Shown one piece after another: positions 1-16,141 of a stretch of 64,000 nt of DNA. The stretch spans positions 213,714,001-213,778,000 of the forward strand of contig OZ024741.1 of the NCBI GenBank assembly GCA_964016885.1, in the 5' to 3' direction. Each line of letters starts with the position of its first letter. Position 1 is the first letter of the stretch. This DNA comes from Eledone cirrhosa (lineage: Eukaryota). The position numbers and the translations under genes are program-made. The notes under the pieces were generated by a model, which did no database searches, was not told the DNA's origin, and saw only the letters and a list, made by a program, of their open reading frames with translations.

Positions 1-3000
1 CCATCACTAACACCAACATTACCATCACTATCACCAACACTACCATCACTATCACCAACACTACCATCACTATCACCAACACTACCATCACAATCACCAT
101 CATTACCATCACTATTACCAACACTACCATCACTATCACCAACATTACCATCACTATCACCAACATTACCATCACTATCACCAACATTACCATCACTATC
201 ACCAACATTACCATCACTATCACCAACACTACCATCACTATCACCAACACTACCATCACTATCACCAACACTACCATCACTATCACCAACATTACCATCA
301 CTATCACCAACATTACCATCACTATTACCAACATTACCATCACTATCATCAACAACACTACCATCACTATCACCAACACTACCATCACTATCACCAACAC
401 TACCATCACTATCACCAACACTACCATCACTATCACCAACCTTACCATCACCATCACCATCAACACTACCATCACTATGACCAACATTACCATCACTATC
501 ACCAACAACACTACCATCACTATCACCAACATTACCATCACTATCACCAACACTACCATCACTATCACCAACATTACCATCACTATCACCAACACTACCA
601 TCACTATCACCAACATTACCATCACTATCACCAACAACACTACCATCACTATCACCAACACTACCATTACTATCACCAACACTACCATCACTATCACCAA
701 CACTACCATCACTATCACCAACATTACCATCAATATCCCCAACATTACCATCACTATTACCAACACTACCATCACTATCACCAACATTACCATCACTATC
801 ACCAACACTACCATCACTATCACCAACATTACCATCACTATCACCAACACTACCATCACTATCACCAATATTACCATCACTATCACCAACAACACTACCA
901 TCACTATCACCAACACTACCATCACTATCACCAACACTACCATCACTATCACCAACAATACCATCACTATCACCAACATTACCATCAATATCCCCAACAT
1001 TACCATCACTATTACCAACACTACCATCACTATCACCAACATTACCATCACTATCACCAACACTACCATCACTATCACCAACATTACCATCAATATCCCC
1101 AACATTACCATCACTATTACCAACACTATCATCACTATCACCAACATTACCATCACTATCACCAACACTACCATCACTATCACCAACATTACCATCACTA
1201 TCACCAACACTACCATCACTATCACCAACATTACCATCACTATCACCAACACTACCATCACTATCACCAACATTACCATCACTATCACCAACAACACTAC
1301 CATCACTATCACCAACACTACCATCACTATCACCAACACTACCATCACTATCACCAACACTACCATCACTATCACCAACATTACCATCAATATCCCCAAC
1401 ATTACCATCACTATTACCAACACTACCATCACTATCACCAACATTACCATCACTATCACCAACACTACCATCACTATCACCAACATTACCATCAATATCA
1501 CCAACACTACCATCACTATCACCAACACTACCATCACTATCACCAACACTACCATCACTATCACCAACATTACCATCACTGTCACCAACACTAGCATCAC
1601 TTTCACCAACACTACCATCACTATCACCAAAATTACCACCACCACCACCAACACTACCATCACTATCACCAACATTACCATCAATATCACCAACTCTACC
1701 ATCACTATCACCAACACTACCATCACTATCACCAACACTACCATCACTATCACCAACATTACCATCACTATCACCAACAATACCATCACTATCACCAACA
1801 TTACCATCATTATCACCAACACTACCATCACTATCACCAACACTACCATCAGTATCAACAACATTACCATCACTATCACGTACACTTCCATCACTATCAC
1901 CAACATTACCACCACTATCACCAACACTACCATCAATATCACCAACACTACCATCACTATCACCAACACTACCATCACTATCACCAACATTACCATCACT
2001 ATCACCAACACTACCATCACTATCACAAACATTACCATCACTACCACCAACACTACCATCACTATCACCAACACTACCATCACTAACACCAACATTACCA
2101 TCACTATCACCAACACTACCATCACTATCACCAACACTACCATCACTATCACCAACACTACCATCACAATCACCATCATTACCATCACTATTACCAACAC
2201 TACCATCACTATCACCAACATTACCATCACTATCACCAACATTACCATCACTATCACCAACATTACCATCACTATCACCAACATTACCATCACTATCACC
2301 AACACTACCATCACTATCACCAACACTACCATCACTATCACCAACACTACCATCACTATCACCAACATTACCATCACTATCACCAACACTACCATCACTA
2401 TCACCAACATTACCATCACTATCACCAACATTACCATCACTATCACCAACACTACCATCACTATCACCAACATTACCATCACTATCACCAACATTACCAT
2501 CACTATCACCAACATTACCATCACTATCACCAACATTACCATCACTATCACCAACATTACCATCACTATCACCAACACTACCATCACTATCACCAACACT
2601 ACCATCACTATCACCAACACTACCATCACTATCACCAACATTACCATCACTATCACCAACATTACCATCACTATTACCAACATTACCATCACTATAATCA
2701 ACAACACTACCATCACTATCACCAACACTACCATCACTATCACCAACACTACCATCACTATCACCAACACTACCATCACTATCACCAACCTTACCATCAC
2801 CATCACCATCAACACTACCATCACTATGACCAACATTACCATCACTATCACCAACAACACTACCATCACTATCACCAACATTACCATCACTATCACCAAC
2901 ACTACCATCACTATCACCAACATTACCATCACTATCACCAACACTACCATCACTATCACCAACATTACCATCACTATCACCAACAACACTACCATCACTA

Positions 3001-6000
3001 TCACCAACACTACCATTACTATCACCAACACTACCATCACTATCACCAACACTACCATCACTATCACCAACATTACCATCAATATCCCCAAAATTACCAT
3101 CACTATTACCAACACTACCATCACTATCACCAACATTACCATCACTATCACCAACACTACCATCACTATCACCAACATTACCATCGCTATCACCAACACT
3201 ACCATCACTATCACCAATATTACCATCACTATCACCAACAACACTACCATCACTATCACCAACACTACCATCACTATCACCAACACTACCATCACTATCA
3301 CCAACAATACCATCACTATCACCAACATTACCATCAATATCCCCAACATTACCATCACTATTACCAACACTATCATCACTATCACCAACATTACCATCAC
3401 TATCACCAACACTACCATCACTATCACCAACATTACCATCACTATCACCAACACTACCATCACTATCACCAACATTACCATCACTATCACCAACACTACC
3501 ATCACTATCACCAACATTACCATCACTATCACCAACAACACTACCATCACTATCACCAACACTACCATCACTATCACCAACACTACCATCACTATCACCA
3601 ACACTACCATCACTATCACCAACATTACCATCAATATCCCCAACATTACCATCACTATTACCAACACTACCATCACTATCACCAACATTACCATCACTAT
3701 CACCAACACTACCATCACTATCACCAACATTACCATCAATATCACCAACACTACCATCACTATCACCAACACTACCATCACTATCACCAACACTACCATC
3801 ACTATCACCAACATTACCATCACTGTCACCAACACTAGCATCACTTTCACCAACACTACCATCACTATCACCAAAATTACCACCACCACCACCAACACTA
3901 CCATCACTATCACCAACATTACCATCAATATCACCAACTCTACCATCACTATCACCAACACTACCATCACTATCACCAACACTACCATCACTATCACCAA
4001 CATTACCATCACTATCACCAACAATACCATGACTATCACCAACATTACCATCATTATCACCAACACTACCATCACTATCACCAACACTACCATCAGTATC
4101 AACAACATTACCATCACTATCACGTACACTTCCATCACTATCACCAACATTACCACCACTATCACCAACACTACCATCAATATCACCAACACTACCATCA
4201 TTATCACCAACACTACCATCACTATCACCAACACTACCATCACTATCACCAACATTACCATCACTATCACCAACACTACCATCACTATCACAAACATTAC
4301 CATCACTACCACCAACACTACCATCACTATCACCAACATTACCATCACTACCACCAACACTACCATCACTATCACCAACATTACCATCACTATCACCTAC
4401 ACTACCCTCACTATCACCAACACTACCATCACTATCACCAACATTACCATCACTATCACCAACATTACCATCACTATCACCAACACTACCATCACTATCA
4501 CCAACACTACCATCACTATCACCAACATTACCATCACTAACACCAACATTACCATCACTATCACCAACACTACCATCACTATCACCAACACTACCATCAC
4601 AATCACCATCATTACCATCCCTATTACCAACACTACCATCACTATCACCAACATTACCATCACTACCACCAACACTACCATCACTATCACCAACATTACC
4701 ATCACTATCACCTACACTACCATCACTATCACCAACACTACCATCACTATCACCAACATTACCATCACTATCACCAACATTACCATCACTATCACCAACA
4801 CTACCATCACTATCACCAACACTACCATCACTATCACCAACACTACCATCACTAACACCAACATTACCATCACTATCACCAACACTACCATCACTATCAC
4901 CAACACTACCATCACTATCACCAACACTACCATCACAATCACCATCATTACCATCACTATTACCAACACTACCATCACTATCACCAACACTACCATCACT
5001 ATCACCAACATTACCATCACTATCACCAACACTACCATCACTATCACCAACACTACCATCACTATAACCAACACAACCATCACTATCACCAACATTACCA
5101 TCACTATCACCGACACTACCATCACTATCACCAACATTACCATCACTATCACCAACATTACCATCACTATCACCAACACTACCATCACTATCACCAACAT
5201 TACCATCACTATCACCAACATTACCATCACTATCACCAACATTACCATCACTATCACCAACATTACCATCACTATCACCAACATTACCATCACTATCACC
5301 AACACTACCATCACTATCACCAACACTACCATCACTATCACCAACACTACCATCACTATCACCAACATTACCATCACTATCACCAACATTACCATCACTA
5401 TTACCAACATTACCATCACTATCATCAACAACACTACCATCACTATCACCAACACTACCATCACTATCACCAACACTACCATCACTATCACCAACACTAC
5501 CATCACTATCACCAACCTTACCATCACCATCACCATCAACACTACCATCACTATGACCAACATTACCATCACTATCACCAACAACACTACCATCACTATC
5601 ACCAACATTACCATCACTATCACCAACACTACCATCACTATCACCAACATTACCATCACTATCACCAACACTACCATCACTATCACCAACATTACCATCA
5701 CTATCACCAACAACACTACCATCACTATCACCAACACTACCATTACTATCACCAACACTACCATCACTATCACCAACACTACCATCACTATCACCAACAT
5801 TACCATCAATATCCCCAACATTACCATCACTATTACCAACACTACCATCACTATCACCAACATTACCATCACTATCACCAACACTACCATCACTATCACC
5901 AACATTACCATCACTATCACCAACACTACCATCACTATCACCAACATTACCATCACTATCACCAACAACACTACCATCACTATCACCAACACTACCATCA

Positions 6001-9000
6001 CTATCACCAACACTACCATCACTATCACCAACACTACCATCACTATCACCAACATTACCATCAATATCCCCAACATTACCATCACTATTACCAACACTAC
6101 CATCACTATCACCAACATTACCATCACTATCACCAACACTACCATCACTATCACCAACATTACCATCAATATCCCCAACATTACCATCACTATTACCAAC
6201 ACTATCATCACTATCACCAACATTACCATCACTATCACCAACACTACCATCACTATCACCAACATTACCATCACTATCACCAACACTACCATCACTATCA
6301 CCAACATTACCATCACTATCACCAACACTACCATCACTATCACCAACATTACCATCACTATCACCAACAACACTACCATCACTATCACCAACACTACCAT
6401 CACTATCACCAACACTACCATCACTATCACCGACACTACCATCACTATCACCAACATTACCATCAATATCCCCAACATTACCATCACTATTACCAACACT
6501 ACCATCACTATCACCAACATTACCATCACTATCACCAACACTACCATCAGTATCACCAACATTACCATCACTATCACCAACACTACCATCACTATCACCA
6601 ACATTACCATCACTATCACCAACAACACTACCATCACTATCACCAACACTACCATCACTATCACCAACACTACCATCACTATCACTAACACTACCATCAC
6701 TATCACCAACATTACCATCACTATCACCAACACTACCATCACTATCACCAACACTACCATCACTATCACCAACACTACCATCACTATCACCAACATTACC
6801 ATCACTATCACCAACACTACCATCACTATCACCAACATTACCATCACTATCACCAACATTACCATCACTATCACCAACACTACCATCAATATCCCCAACA
6901 TTACCATCACTATTACCAACACTACCATCACTATCACCAACATTACCATCACTATCACCAACACTACCATCACTATCACCAACATTACCATCAATATCAC
7001 CAACACTACCATCACTATCACCAACACTACCATCACTATCACCAACACTACCATCACTATCACCAACATTACCATCACTGTCACCAACACTAGCATCACT
7101 TTCACCAACACTACCATCACTATCACCAAAATTACCACCACCACCACCAACACTACCATCACTATCACCAACATTACCATCAATATCACCAACTCTACCA
7201 TCACTATCACCAACACTACCATCACTATCACCAACACTACCATCACTATCACCAACATTACCATCACTATCACCAACAATACCATCATTATCACCAACAT
7301 TACCATCATTATCACCAACACTACCATCACTATCACCAACACTACCATCAGTATCAACAACATTACCATCACTATCACGTACACTTCCATCACTATCACC
7401 AACATTACCACCACTATCACCAACACTACCATCAATATCACCAACACTACCATCATTATCACCAACACTACCATCACTATCACCAACACTACCATCACTA
7501 TCACCAACATTACCATCACTATCACCAACACTACCATCACTATCACAAACATTACCATCACTACCACCAACACTACCATCACTATCACCAACATTACCAT
7601 CACTACCACCAACACTACCATCACTATCACCAACATTACCATCACTATCACCTACACTACCCTCACTATCACCAACACTACCATCACTATCACCAACATT
7701 ACCATCACTATCACCAACATTACCATCACTATCACCAACACTACCATCACTATCACCAACACTACCATCACTATCACCAACATTACCATCACTAACACCA
7801 ACATTACCATCACTATCACCAACACTACCATCACTATCACCAACACTACCATCACAATCACCATCATTACCATCACTATTACCAACACTAACATCACTAT
7901 CACCAACATTACCATCACTATCACCAACATTACCATCACTATCACCAACACTACCATCACTATCACCAACATTACCATCACTATCACCAACATTACCATC
8001 ACTATCGCCAACACTACCATCACTTTCACCAACATTACCATCACTATCAACAACATTACCATCACTATCACCAACACTACCATCACTAACACCAACATTA
8101 CCATCACTATCACCAACACTACCATCACTATCACAAACATTACCATCACTATTACCAACACTACCATCACTATCACCAACATTACCATCACTATCACCAA
8201 CATTACCATCACTATCACCAACATTACCATCACTATCACCAACACTACCATCACTATCACCAACACTACCATCACTATCACCAACACTACCATCACTATC
8301 ACCAACACTACCATCACTATCACCAACATTACCATCACTATCACCAACACTACCATCACTATCACCAATACTACCATCACTATCACCAACACTACCATCA
8401 CTATCACCAACATTACCATCACTATCACCAACACTACCATCACTATCACCAATACTACCATCACTATCACCAACACTACCATCACTATCACCAACATTAC
8501 CATCACTATCACCAACACTACCATCACTATCACCAATACTACCATCACTATCACCAACACTACCATCACTATCACCAACATTACCATCACTATCACCAAC
8601 ACTACCATCACTTTCACCAACATTACCATCACTATCAACAACATTACCATCACTATCACCAACACTACCATCACTATCACCAACATTACCATCACTACCA
8701 CCAACATTACCATCACTATCACCAACATTACCATTACTATCACCAACACTACCATCACTATCACCAACACTACCATCACTATCACCAACATTACCATCAC
8801 TATTACCAACACTACCATCACTATCACCAACACTACCATCACTATCACCAACACTACCATCACTATCACCAACATTACCATCAATATCCCCAACATTACC
8901 ATCACTATTACCAACACTACCATCACTATCACCAACATTACCATCACTATCACCAACACTACCATCACTATCACCAACATTACCATCAATATCACCAACA

Positions 9001-9830
9001 CTACCATCACTATCACCAACACTACCATCACTATCACCAACACTACCATCACTATCACCAACATTACCATCACTATCACCAACACTAGCATCACTTTCAC
9101 CAACACTACCATCACTATCACCAACACTACCATCAGTATCAACAACATTACCATCACCATCACCAACACTACCATCACTATCACCAACATTACCATCAAT
9201 ATCACCAACTCTACCATCACTATCACCAACACTACCATCACTATCACCAACACTACCATCACTATCACCAACATTACCATCACTATCACCAACATTACCA
9301 TCACTATCACCAACATTACCATCATTATCACCAACACTACCATCACTATCACCAACACTACCATCAGTATCAACAACATTACCATCACTATCACGTACAC
9401 TTCCATCACTATCACCAACATTACCACCACTATCACCAACACTACCATCACTATCACCAACACTACCATCATTATCACCAACACTACCATCACTATCACC
9501 AACACTACCATCACTATCACCAACATTACCATCACTATCACCAACACTACCATCACTATCACAAACATTACCATCACTACCACCAACACTACCATCACTA
9601 TCACCAACATTACCATCACTACCACCAACACTACCATCACTATCACCAACATTACCATCACTATCACCAACACTACCATCAATATCACCACCACTACCAT
9701 CACTATCACCAACACTACCATCACTATCACCAACACTACCATCACTATCACCAACACTACCATCAATATCACCACCACTACCATCACTATCACCAACATT
9801 ACCATCACTATCATTATCCCCAATAAAACC
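1..9830. repeat. Giant 21-bp minisatellite (ACCAACA(C/T)TACCATCACTATC)n, roughly 460 units, with kb-scale higher-order duplications; runs off the window's 5' edge
   Basis: Unit read directly. The rare variant CACGTACACTTCC recurs at 1877, 4121, 7376 and 9392, and ATGACC at 477, 2826 and 5553. The strand is almost free of G. Confidence 0.97.
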
Positions 9831-9869
9831 ACCTTCACCAGTAACACTAACATCATCATTAGCATCATC

Positions 9870-11400
9870 ACCATTGCCACCACCATTACCAATCACCATT
9901 ACCACAACCTATACCATCACCATTACCACCACCATTACCATCACCATTACCATCACCAATAACACTACCATTAGCACCACCATTACCATCACATTACCAT
10001 CACCATTACCTTCACCATTACCACCATCATTGCCATCACCATTACCACCACCATTACCACCACCATTACCATCACCAATACCACCACCATTACCACCACC
10101 ATTAACTTCACCATTACCACCACCATTACCACCACCATTACCATCACCAATACCACCACCATTACCACCACCATTACCATCATATTACCATCACCATTAC
10201 CTCCACAATTACCACCATCATTGCCATCACCATTACCACCACCATTACCACCACCTTTACCATCACCAATACCACCACCATTACGACCACCCTTAACTTC
10301 ACCATTACCACCACCATTAGCACCACCATTACCACCACCATTACCATTACCAATACCACCACCATACCATCACCAATACCACCATTACCACCACCATTAT
10401 CACCACCATTACCACCACCATTACCACCACAATTACCAACACCATTACCACCATCATTGCCATCACCATTACCACCACCATTACCACCACCATTACCATC
10501 ACCAATACCACCACCATTACCACCACCATTAACATCACCATTACCACCACCATTATCACCACCATTACCACAATCATAGCCATCACCATTACCACCACCA
10601 TTACTACCTCCATTACCATCACCAATACAACCACCATTACCACCACCATTAACTTCACCATTACCACCACCATTACCAACACCATTACCACCACCATTAC
10701 CACCACCATTACCATCACCTATACCATCACCATTACCACCACCGTTACCACCACCATTACCACCACCATTACCATCACCAATACCACCACCGTTACCACC
10801 ACCATTACCATCACCATTACCACCACCATTACCATCACCAATACCACCACCGTTACCACCACCATTACCATCACCATTACCATCACCATTACCACCACCA
10901 TTACCACCACCATTACCATCACCAATACCATCACCATTACAATCACCAATACCTCCACCATTACCATCACCAATACCGTCACCATTACCACCACCATTAC
11001 CACCACCATTGCCATCACCATTACCATCACCAATACCACCACCATTGCCACCACCATTACCATCACCATTACCACCACCATTACCACCACCATTACCGTC
11101 ACGATTACCATCACCATTACCACCACCATTACCACCACCATTACCACCACCATTGCCATCACCATTACCATCACCAATACCACCACCATTGCCACCACCA
11201 TTACCATCACCATTACCACCACCATTACCACTACCATTACCGTCACGATTACCATCACCATTACCACCACCATTACCATCACCATTACCACCACCATTGC
11301 CATCACCATTACCATCACCAATACCACCACCATTGCCACCACCATTACCATCACCATTACCACCACCATTACTATCACCAATACCACCATCATTGCCATC
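9870..11400. repeat. 12-bp minisatellite (ACCATTACCACC and variants)
   Basis: Tandem CCA-TTA-CCA-CCA/TCA units, directly continuous with the 21-bp array. Confidence 0.92.
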
Positions 11401-11439
11401 ACCAGCATTTCCCATCACTACCAACATTATCATAATTGG

Positions 11440-12150
11440 CTCCACCATTACTATCATCACCACCACCATTACCATCATCACCACCACCATTACCATCATC
11501 ACCACCACCATTACCATCATCACCACCACCATTACCATCTTCACCACCACCATTACCATCTTCACCACCACCATTACCATCATCACCACCACCATTACCA
11601 TCATCACCACCACCATTACCATCATCACCACCACCATTACCATCTTCACCACCACCACTACCATCTTCACCACCACCTTTACCATCACTATTATCCCCAT
11701 CACCTCCACCATTACGATCATCACCACCACCATTACCATCATCACCACCACCATTACCATCATCACCACCACCACTACCATCTTCACCACCACCTTTACC
11801 ATCACTATTATCCCCATCACCACCACCATTACTATCATCACCACCACCATTACCATCATCACCACCACCATTACCATCATCACCACCACCATTACCATCT
11901 TCACCACCACCACTACCATCTTCACCCCCACCTTTACCATCACTATTATCCCCATCACCACCACCATTACCATCATCACCACCACCATTACCATCTTCCC
12001 CACCACCACTACCATCTTCACCCCCACCTTTACCATCACTATTATCCCCATCACCACCACCATTACCATCATCACCACCACCATTACCATCTTCACCACC
12101 ACCACTACAATCTTCACCACCAGCTTTACCATCACTATTATCCCCCATCA
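11440..12150. repeat. Second 21-bp minisatellite (ACCATTACCATCATCACCACC)n with a recurring TTTACCATCACTATTATCCCC variant
   Basis: Tandem units visible; the variant block recurs about 5 times. Confidence 0.9.
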
Positions 12151-12714
12151 CCCCCAACATTATCATCATCATCGACACCGCCATTACCATCGACACCATC
12201 ACGACCATCACAATACCATCAGCAACACCAATACCATCGCCTCAAATATCACCATCATCACCAACAACAACATAACCATCCAATAACATCAACACTATTC
12301 AATTCTTCTCACACAAGCGACATAATTCTCACACCTATTCTATAAATTGATTTCAATCTTTTCATTGACATCAGACATACACATCTGCCAACCCCACCCA
12401 ACCCTCTCCTCATCCCCGCACCTCCCCCTCTTATCACCACCCCTCTCCTCCCACCCCTCCTCATCCCATCATCCCTCCTCTCCCCGTCACCCCCACCCCT
12501 CTAACATCTCTCCACCTCCTCTCTTTTTCTCCCCTGCTCTACATTTCATTGTGTACAAACATATATCAATACACGCATACGGACACGCACGCGTGCATTG
12601 ATATATGTATGTACACAATGAAATGTAGAGCATACACACATACACACATACATATATGTGTGTATAATAAATAGATATATTAAAGATGAATAAACATGTA
12701 TGTATACATATTTC

Positions 12715-12785
<71 letters not shown>

Positions 12786-13089
12786 ATTGTCACACGTGTC
12801 TAGCAGTACGTATCTCAATTTATCTAGAAAAAAAGACGAGGTATTTCTCACTGATATAATTGCTCAATAAGAAATCCCCAAATAATTAAATTAATTAGAG
12901 AATATGAAAGCTACATATATATATATATATAAATATATAATTGTGTTTGGTATGTTTGTGTGTGTGCGTATGTATGTATGTACACACACACACACACACA
13001 CACACATCGTACAGATTTGAGGAATTTCAAACATGCCGCAGAAATGTGGTTTATTATATTTAATCTGGATTAAATATACTCATCATCAA

Positions 13090-13665
13090 AGCCTGGTTTC
13101 GATTCTAGACAGCGCGTTGTGTTCTTGAGCAAGACATTTCAAATTGGATTTCATCATAAGATGTCGGATCCTATCATCAAAATAGAGAAAACAATGAGAT
13201 ATAACCTTGTAGATGTTCTATCTAAACTTGCATGCGTGTGCGGGCTCTAACAAAGACATGGTGTGACTGCGTCTCCTATCATTAAAACACTTTGAAAACC
13301 TCTTATAACCTTGTAAAATGACATCTAAAGCTACATAGATTTACGATGAGATACCTATATTATATCCTATCGTTAAAACACCCTGGAAGCCTCCTATAAG
13401 ATGCAACCTTGTAAAAAATATCCAGCTAAACCTACATCGATGTGAGATCTAACAACGTCACGATACGACTGCGGCTCCTTTCATAATAGCAGACGAGAAA
13501 CATTGTATGAGGTGTAGCCTCGTTGGAGACGATCTAATTCTATACATGTGTGAAATGTAGCAACAGTATCATCAGATTGGGACCCCTATCGTTAAAATAC
13601 CCGGTAAGCCATATATAAGATACAACCGAGTAGGTGACCAACATCACCCGTATAGCTGTGAGTTG
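13090..13665 (+). repeat. Decayed S2-type SINE head followed by about 5 diverged ~90-110-bp tandem copies of the SINE 3' tail unit
   Basis: GGTTTCGATTC...GTGTTCTTGAGCAAGACA at 13095-13137. CCT(A/T)TC-anchored units start at about 13170, 13275, 13366, 13477 and 13584. The same unit occurs once behind the S2 SINE at 46235-46325. Confidence 0.6.
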
Positions 13666-13702
13666 TTTGTTTTTATTTTTTGTTATTTTTTTTTGTTATT
13701 GA

Positions 13703-13794
13703 TTATAAAATAAAGTACCAGTCACGCACTGGTGTCGATCTAATCGATTTTCCCTCCCTCAGAAATTGTTGGCCTTGTGCCTAAATCACAAACC
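13703..13794 (+). mobile_element. SINE family S1, 3' part, ending in (ATT)7
   Basis: ATAAAATAAAGTACCAGTCACGCACTGG...GGCCTTGTGCCTAAA is shared with full S1 copies. Confidence 0.85.
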
Positions 13795-14030
13795 ATTATT
13801 ATTATTATTATTATTGAATGCTATGGTTGACGGAGGCTCGGCTCTGTAAGGTACTGTAAATTTTGAATGCTATAACAATTGTAAATTGTTTAAAACTTAG
13901 ACCAACTTGTAGACAAAAACACCCTCCTCCTCGTGAGAGGGGTCTTTCTGCCCGTTATTTGGTCCTTCGGGGTTAAATAACTGCTTATTGGGGTTTTGTA
14001 CCCAATATTTATTTTAAACAAAAAAACAAC

Positions 14031-16106
14031 ATGGCTACGAAAAAGAATTTGTATAGGTCACTCCCACTCATTCCGTCTTCTTCTTCCTCAATCATCACTA
14101 CAGCAGAGAGAAGATTGTCTCTCTCCCTCCCTTCTCTTTCGCAAGCGACGAAAGAAAAGAAAAGTCTCGTGCAAAGCGTGCAAGGTTTCTCCACGACGAC
14201 GACGACAGCGACGAAACAGGTGTGCGGGAAATACGAAAACCCAGTTCATTCGTCTGACGTCAGGAATAATAGCAGTAGCAGCCGTAATAACAACAGCAAC
14301 AGTGACAATGAAAACAACAGTAGCAGCCGCAACAGCATCACCAGCAGCATAAACAACAACAGCATTAGCAGCAGCAACACCAACAACAACCACAACAACA
14401 GCGGCGAAGGCAGTAGTCGTAGTACCTGCAGCAACAACAAAAGTAACAGCAGCTCTGACGACAACAACAACAACAGCAGCAAAGAAAAACCAATCTCATT
14501 TGCAGGTATTGCGAAAAACTTGGAAACAATCCTCATAACAAATGAGGAATTAGAGGAAGCGAAGAAGATGGTGACAAAGAATGGACACCGAGCAATCTGC
14601 AAGGCAGCGGAAAATTTTTTCGAAACCCAACAGCACTGTACGGTCACGTACCGTACAGTAAGTACAAAATCCCGTAGGGTGGAAAGAGCCACAGAGCCCC
14701 AAATACAAAAAGCCTTGGGGTCTGTGTGGCAGCGGAAAACGCACATCACCCGAGGCAAAAAATATGCCACTGTAGACGTACATTTTTCCACACCCCAGGA
14801 GGCAAAGGCCCAATCCGTAGTGACCCTAAGGAGCGAGGAAATGGTGTTGGTGCCCTCCTACTGCGGGCAAAAAATTGTGAGGGTCAAACTGCCCCACGTC
14901 CCCCCCGGAATGGCCCCTTCTTGGCAGGCCGCGTCTGTCCTCGTCGGAATCGAGGACAAAACAACTGTACTGCAAGTACAGAAAAAAGTAAGAGAAGGTT
15001 GGGTCGGCACCTCCATTGAGATGCTAATCCAAACCAACCAGGAGTGCATCGAAGCTATCCCGGATGTGATAGACTTCGATAACGGCACTCAACTGCCCAT
15101 AAGTGTTGAGGGCAAACGCCCGAAATGCTTTCGCTGTGGATCGAAGACTCACCTCAGGGCCTTCTGCAACGAGAAGACCATGAGAAAGGAGAAAACCCCC
15201 CTCCTTCCGAAACCGGCTCCACGGCTACCAGCAACAGGACAAGCGGCAACCAGGAACGATAGGACCGTGGCACCCATACCCACGCCACGGAAATCAAAAA
15301 CAGCAGCAGCAGTGGAAATATTAACAACAACAACAGCAATACCAAATGCAGCTGCAACAGAGACTCCAGTGCAAACATCACCAACAACAACAAGTGAAAG
15401 AGTGGAGCTGGTACCCCTCCCCGACCTCACAGAATCAGACATGGAGTGTGAGGTGGGAGAGGGATGGCAAAAGGTCGTAAGAAGGTACAAACGCAGAAGC
15501 AGCGCATCGTCGCCTTTGAAAAGGGAGGAAAGAAATGAGAAAAGGGTAAAGTCTACTGCAAAGAGACCCACAGCAGCAACACCACCAACACCATCACCAC
15601 CCACACTAGCACCACCATCACCACCGGCGACAACCCCACCGCCAACAACACCTTCAACACCACCACCACAAGCACCAACATCGCAAACACAACAACAAAA
15701 CACACACACCCAGCAACAACGACAAGAAAATAGCAGAACCACACCCCACCCCCAGAAAAACAAATGCACGGCAATAAATACACACAACAAGAAACTAATG
15801 ACTTACATAATTGAACACACAGACATTTCACAACAGGACTACATAATACCAGCACCAATCAAAACGCCAACTAACATAAGACTGCTAAAAATAGCACAGA
15901 AACAATACACAAACATTAAAACGAAATTCCCCAACGCAGTTGGTGATTTCAGGGACCTAGGAGGAACTATCAATCGAAGAGTATATTCAGACATTCTCTT
16001 AGAAGAGCCGACGACCAGCCGAAGGGACGATTCAACGGTCCCTTCACCAGACGATCAAGTGAAAAGGGATGTAAAAACCATCCCTCCTCTACGAAAAGTA
16101 CGGTAA
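14031..16106 (+). CDS. LINE ORF1 gag-like nucleic-acid-binding protein, 691 aa, with a CCHC zinc knuckle
   Basis: CFRCGSKTHLRAFC (C-x2-C-x4-H-x4-C); ISFAGIAK and GWQKVVRR motifs typical of Tx1-like ORF1; N/S-rich and P/T-rich low-complexity linkers; ends 35 bp before ORF2. Confidence 0.88.
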   Translation: MATKKNLYRSLPLIPSSSSSIITTAERRLSLSLPSLSQATKEKKSLVQSVQGFSTTTTTATKQVCGKYENPVHSSDVRNNSSSSRNNNSNSDNENNSSSRNSITSSINNNSISSSNTNNNHNNSGEGSSRSTCSNNKSNSSSDDNNNNSSKEKPISFAGIAKNLETILITNEELEEAKKMVTKNGHRAICKAAENFFETQQHCTVTYRTVSTKSRRVERATEPQIQKALGSVWQRKTHITRGKKYATVDVHFSTPQEAKAQSVVTLRSEEMVLVPSYCGQKIVRVKLPHVPPGMAPSWQAASVLVGIEDKTTVLQVQKKVREGWVGTSIEMLIQTNQECIEAIPDVIDFDNGTQLPISVEGKRPKCFRCGSKTHLRAFCNEKTMRKEKTPLLPKPAPRLPATGQAATRNDRTVAPIPTPRKSKTAAAVEILTTTTAIPNAAATETPVQTSPTTTSERVELVPLPDLTESDMECEVGEGWQKVVRRYKRRSSASSPLKREERNEKRVKSTAKRPTAATPPTPSPPTLAPPSPPATTPPPTTPSTPPPQAPTSQTQQQNTHTQQQRQENSRTTPHPQKNKCTAINTHNKKLMTYIIEHTDISQQDYIIPAPIKTPTNIRLLKIAQKQYTNIKTKFPNAVGDFRDLGGTINRRVYSDILLEEPTTSRRDDSTVPSPDDQVKRDVKTIPPLRKVR

Positions 16107-16141
16107 GTGGTCTTTCCCATCTTTTCCACTCTATTTCAAAC

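Noticed and set aside
4397-12286. Long Val/Met/Ile, Pro-rich and Gly/Asn/Asp-rich ORFs on both strands
   Set aside because: They are translations of triplet-based minisatellites open in several frames at once, with no unique domains.
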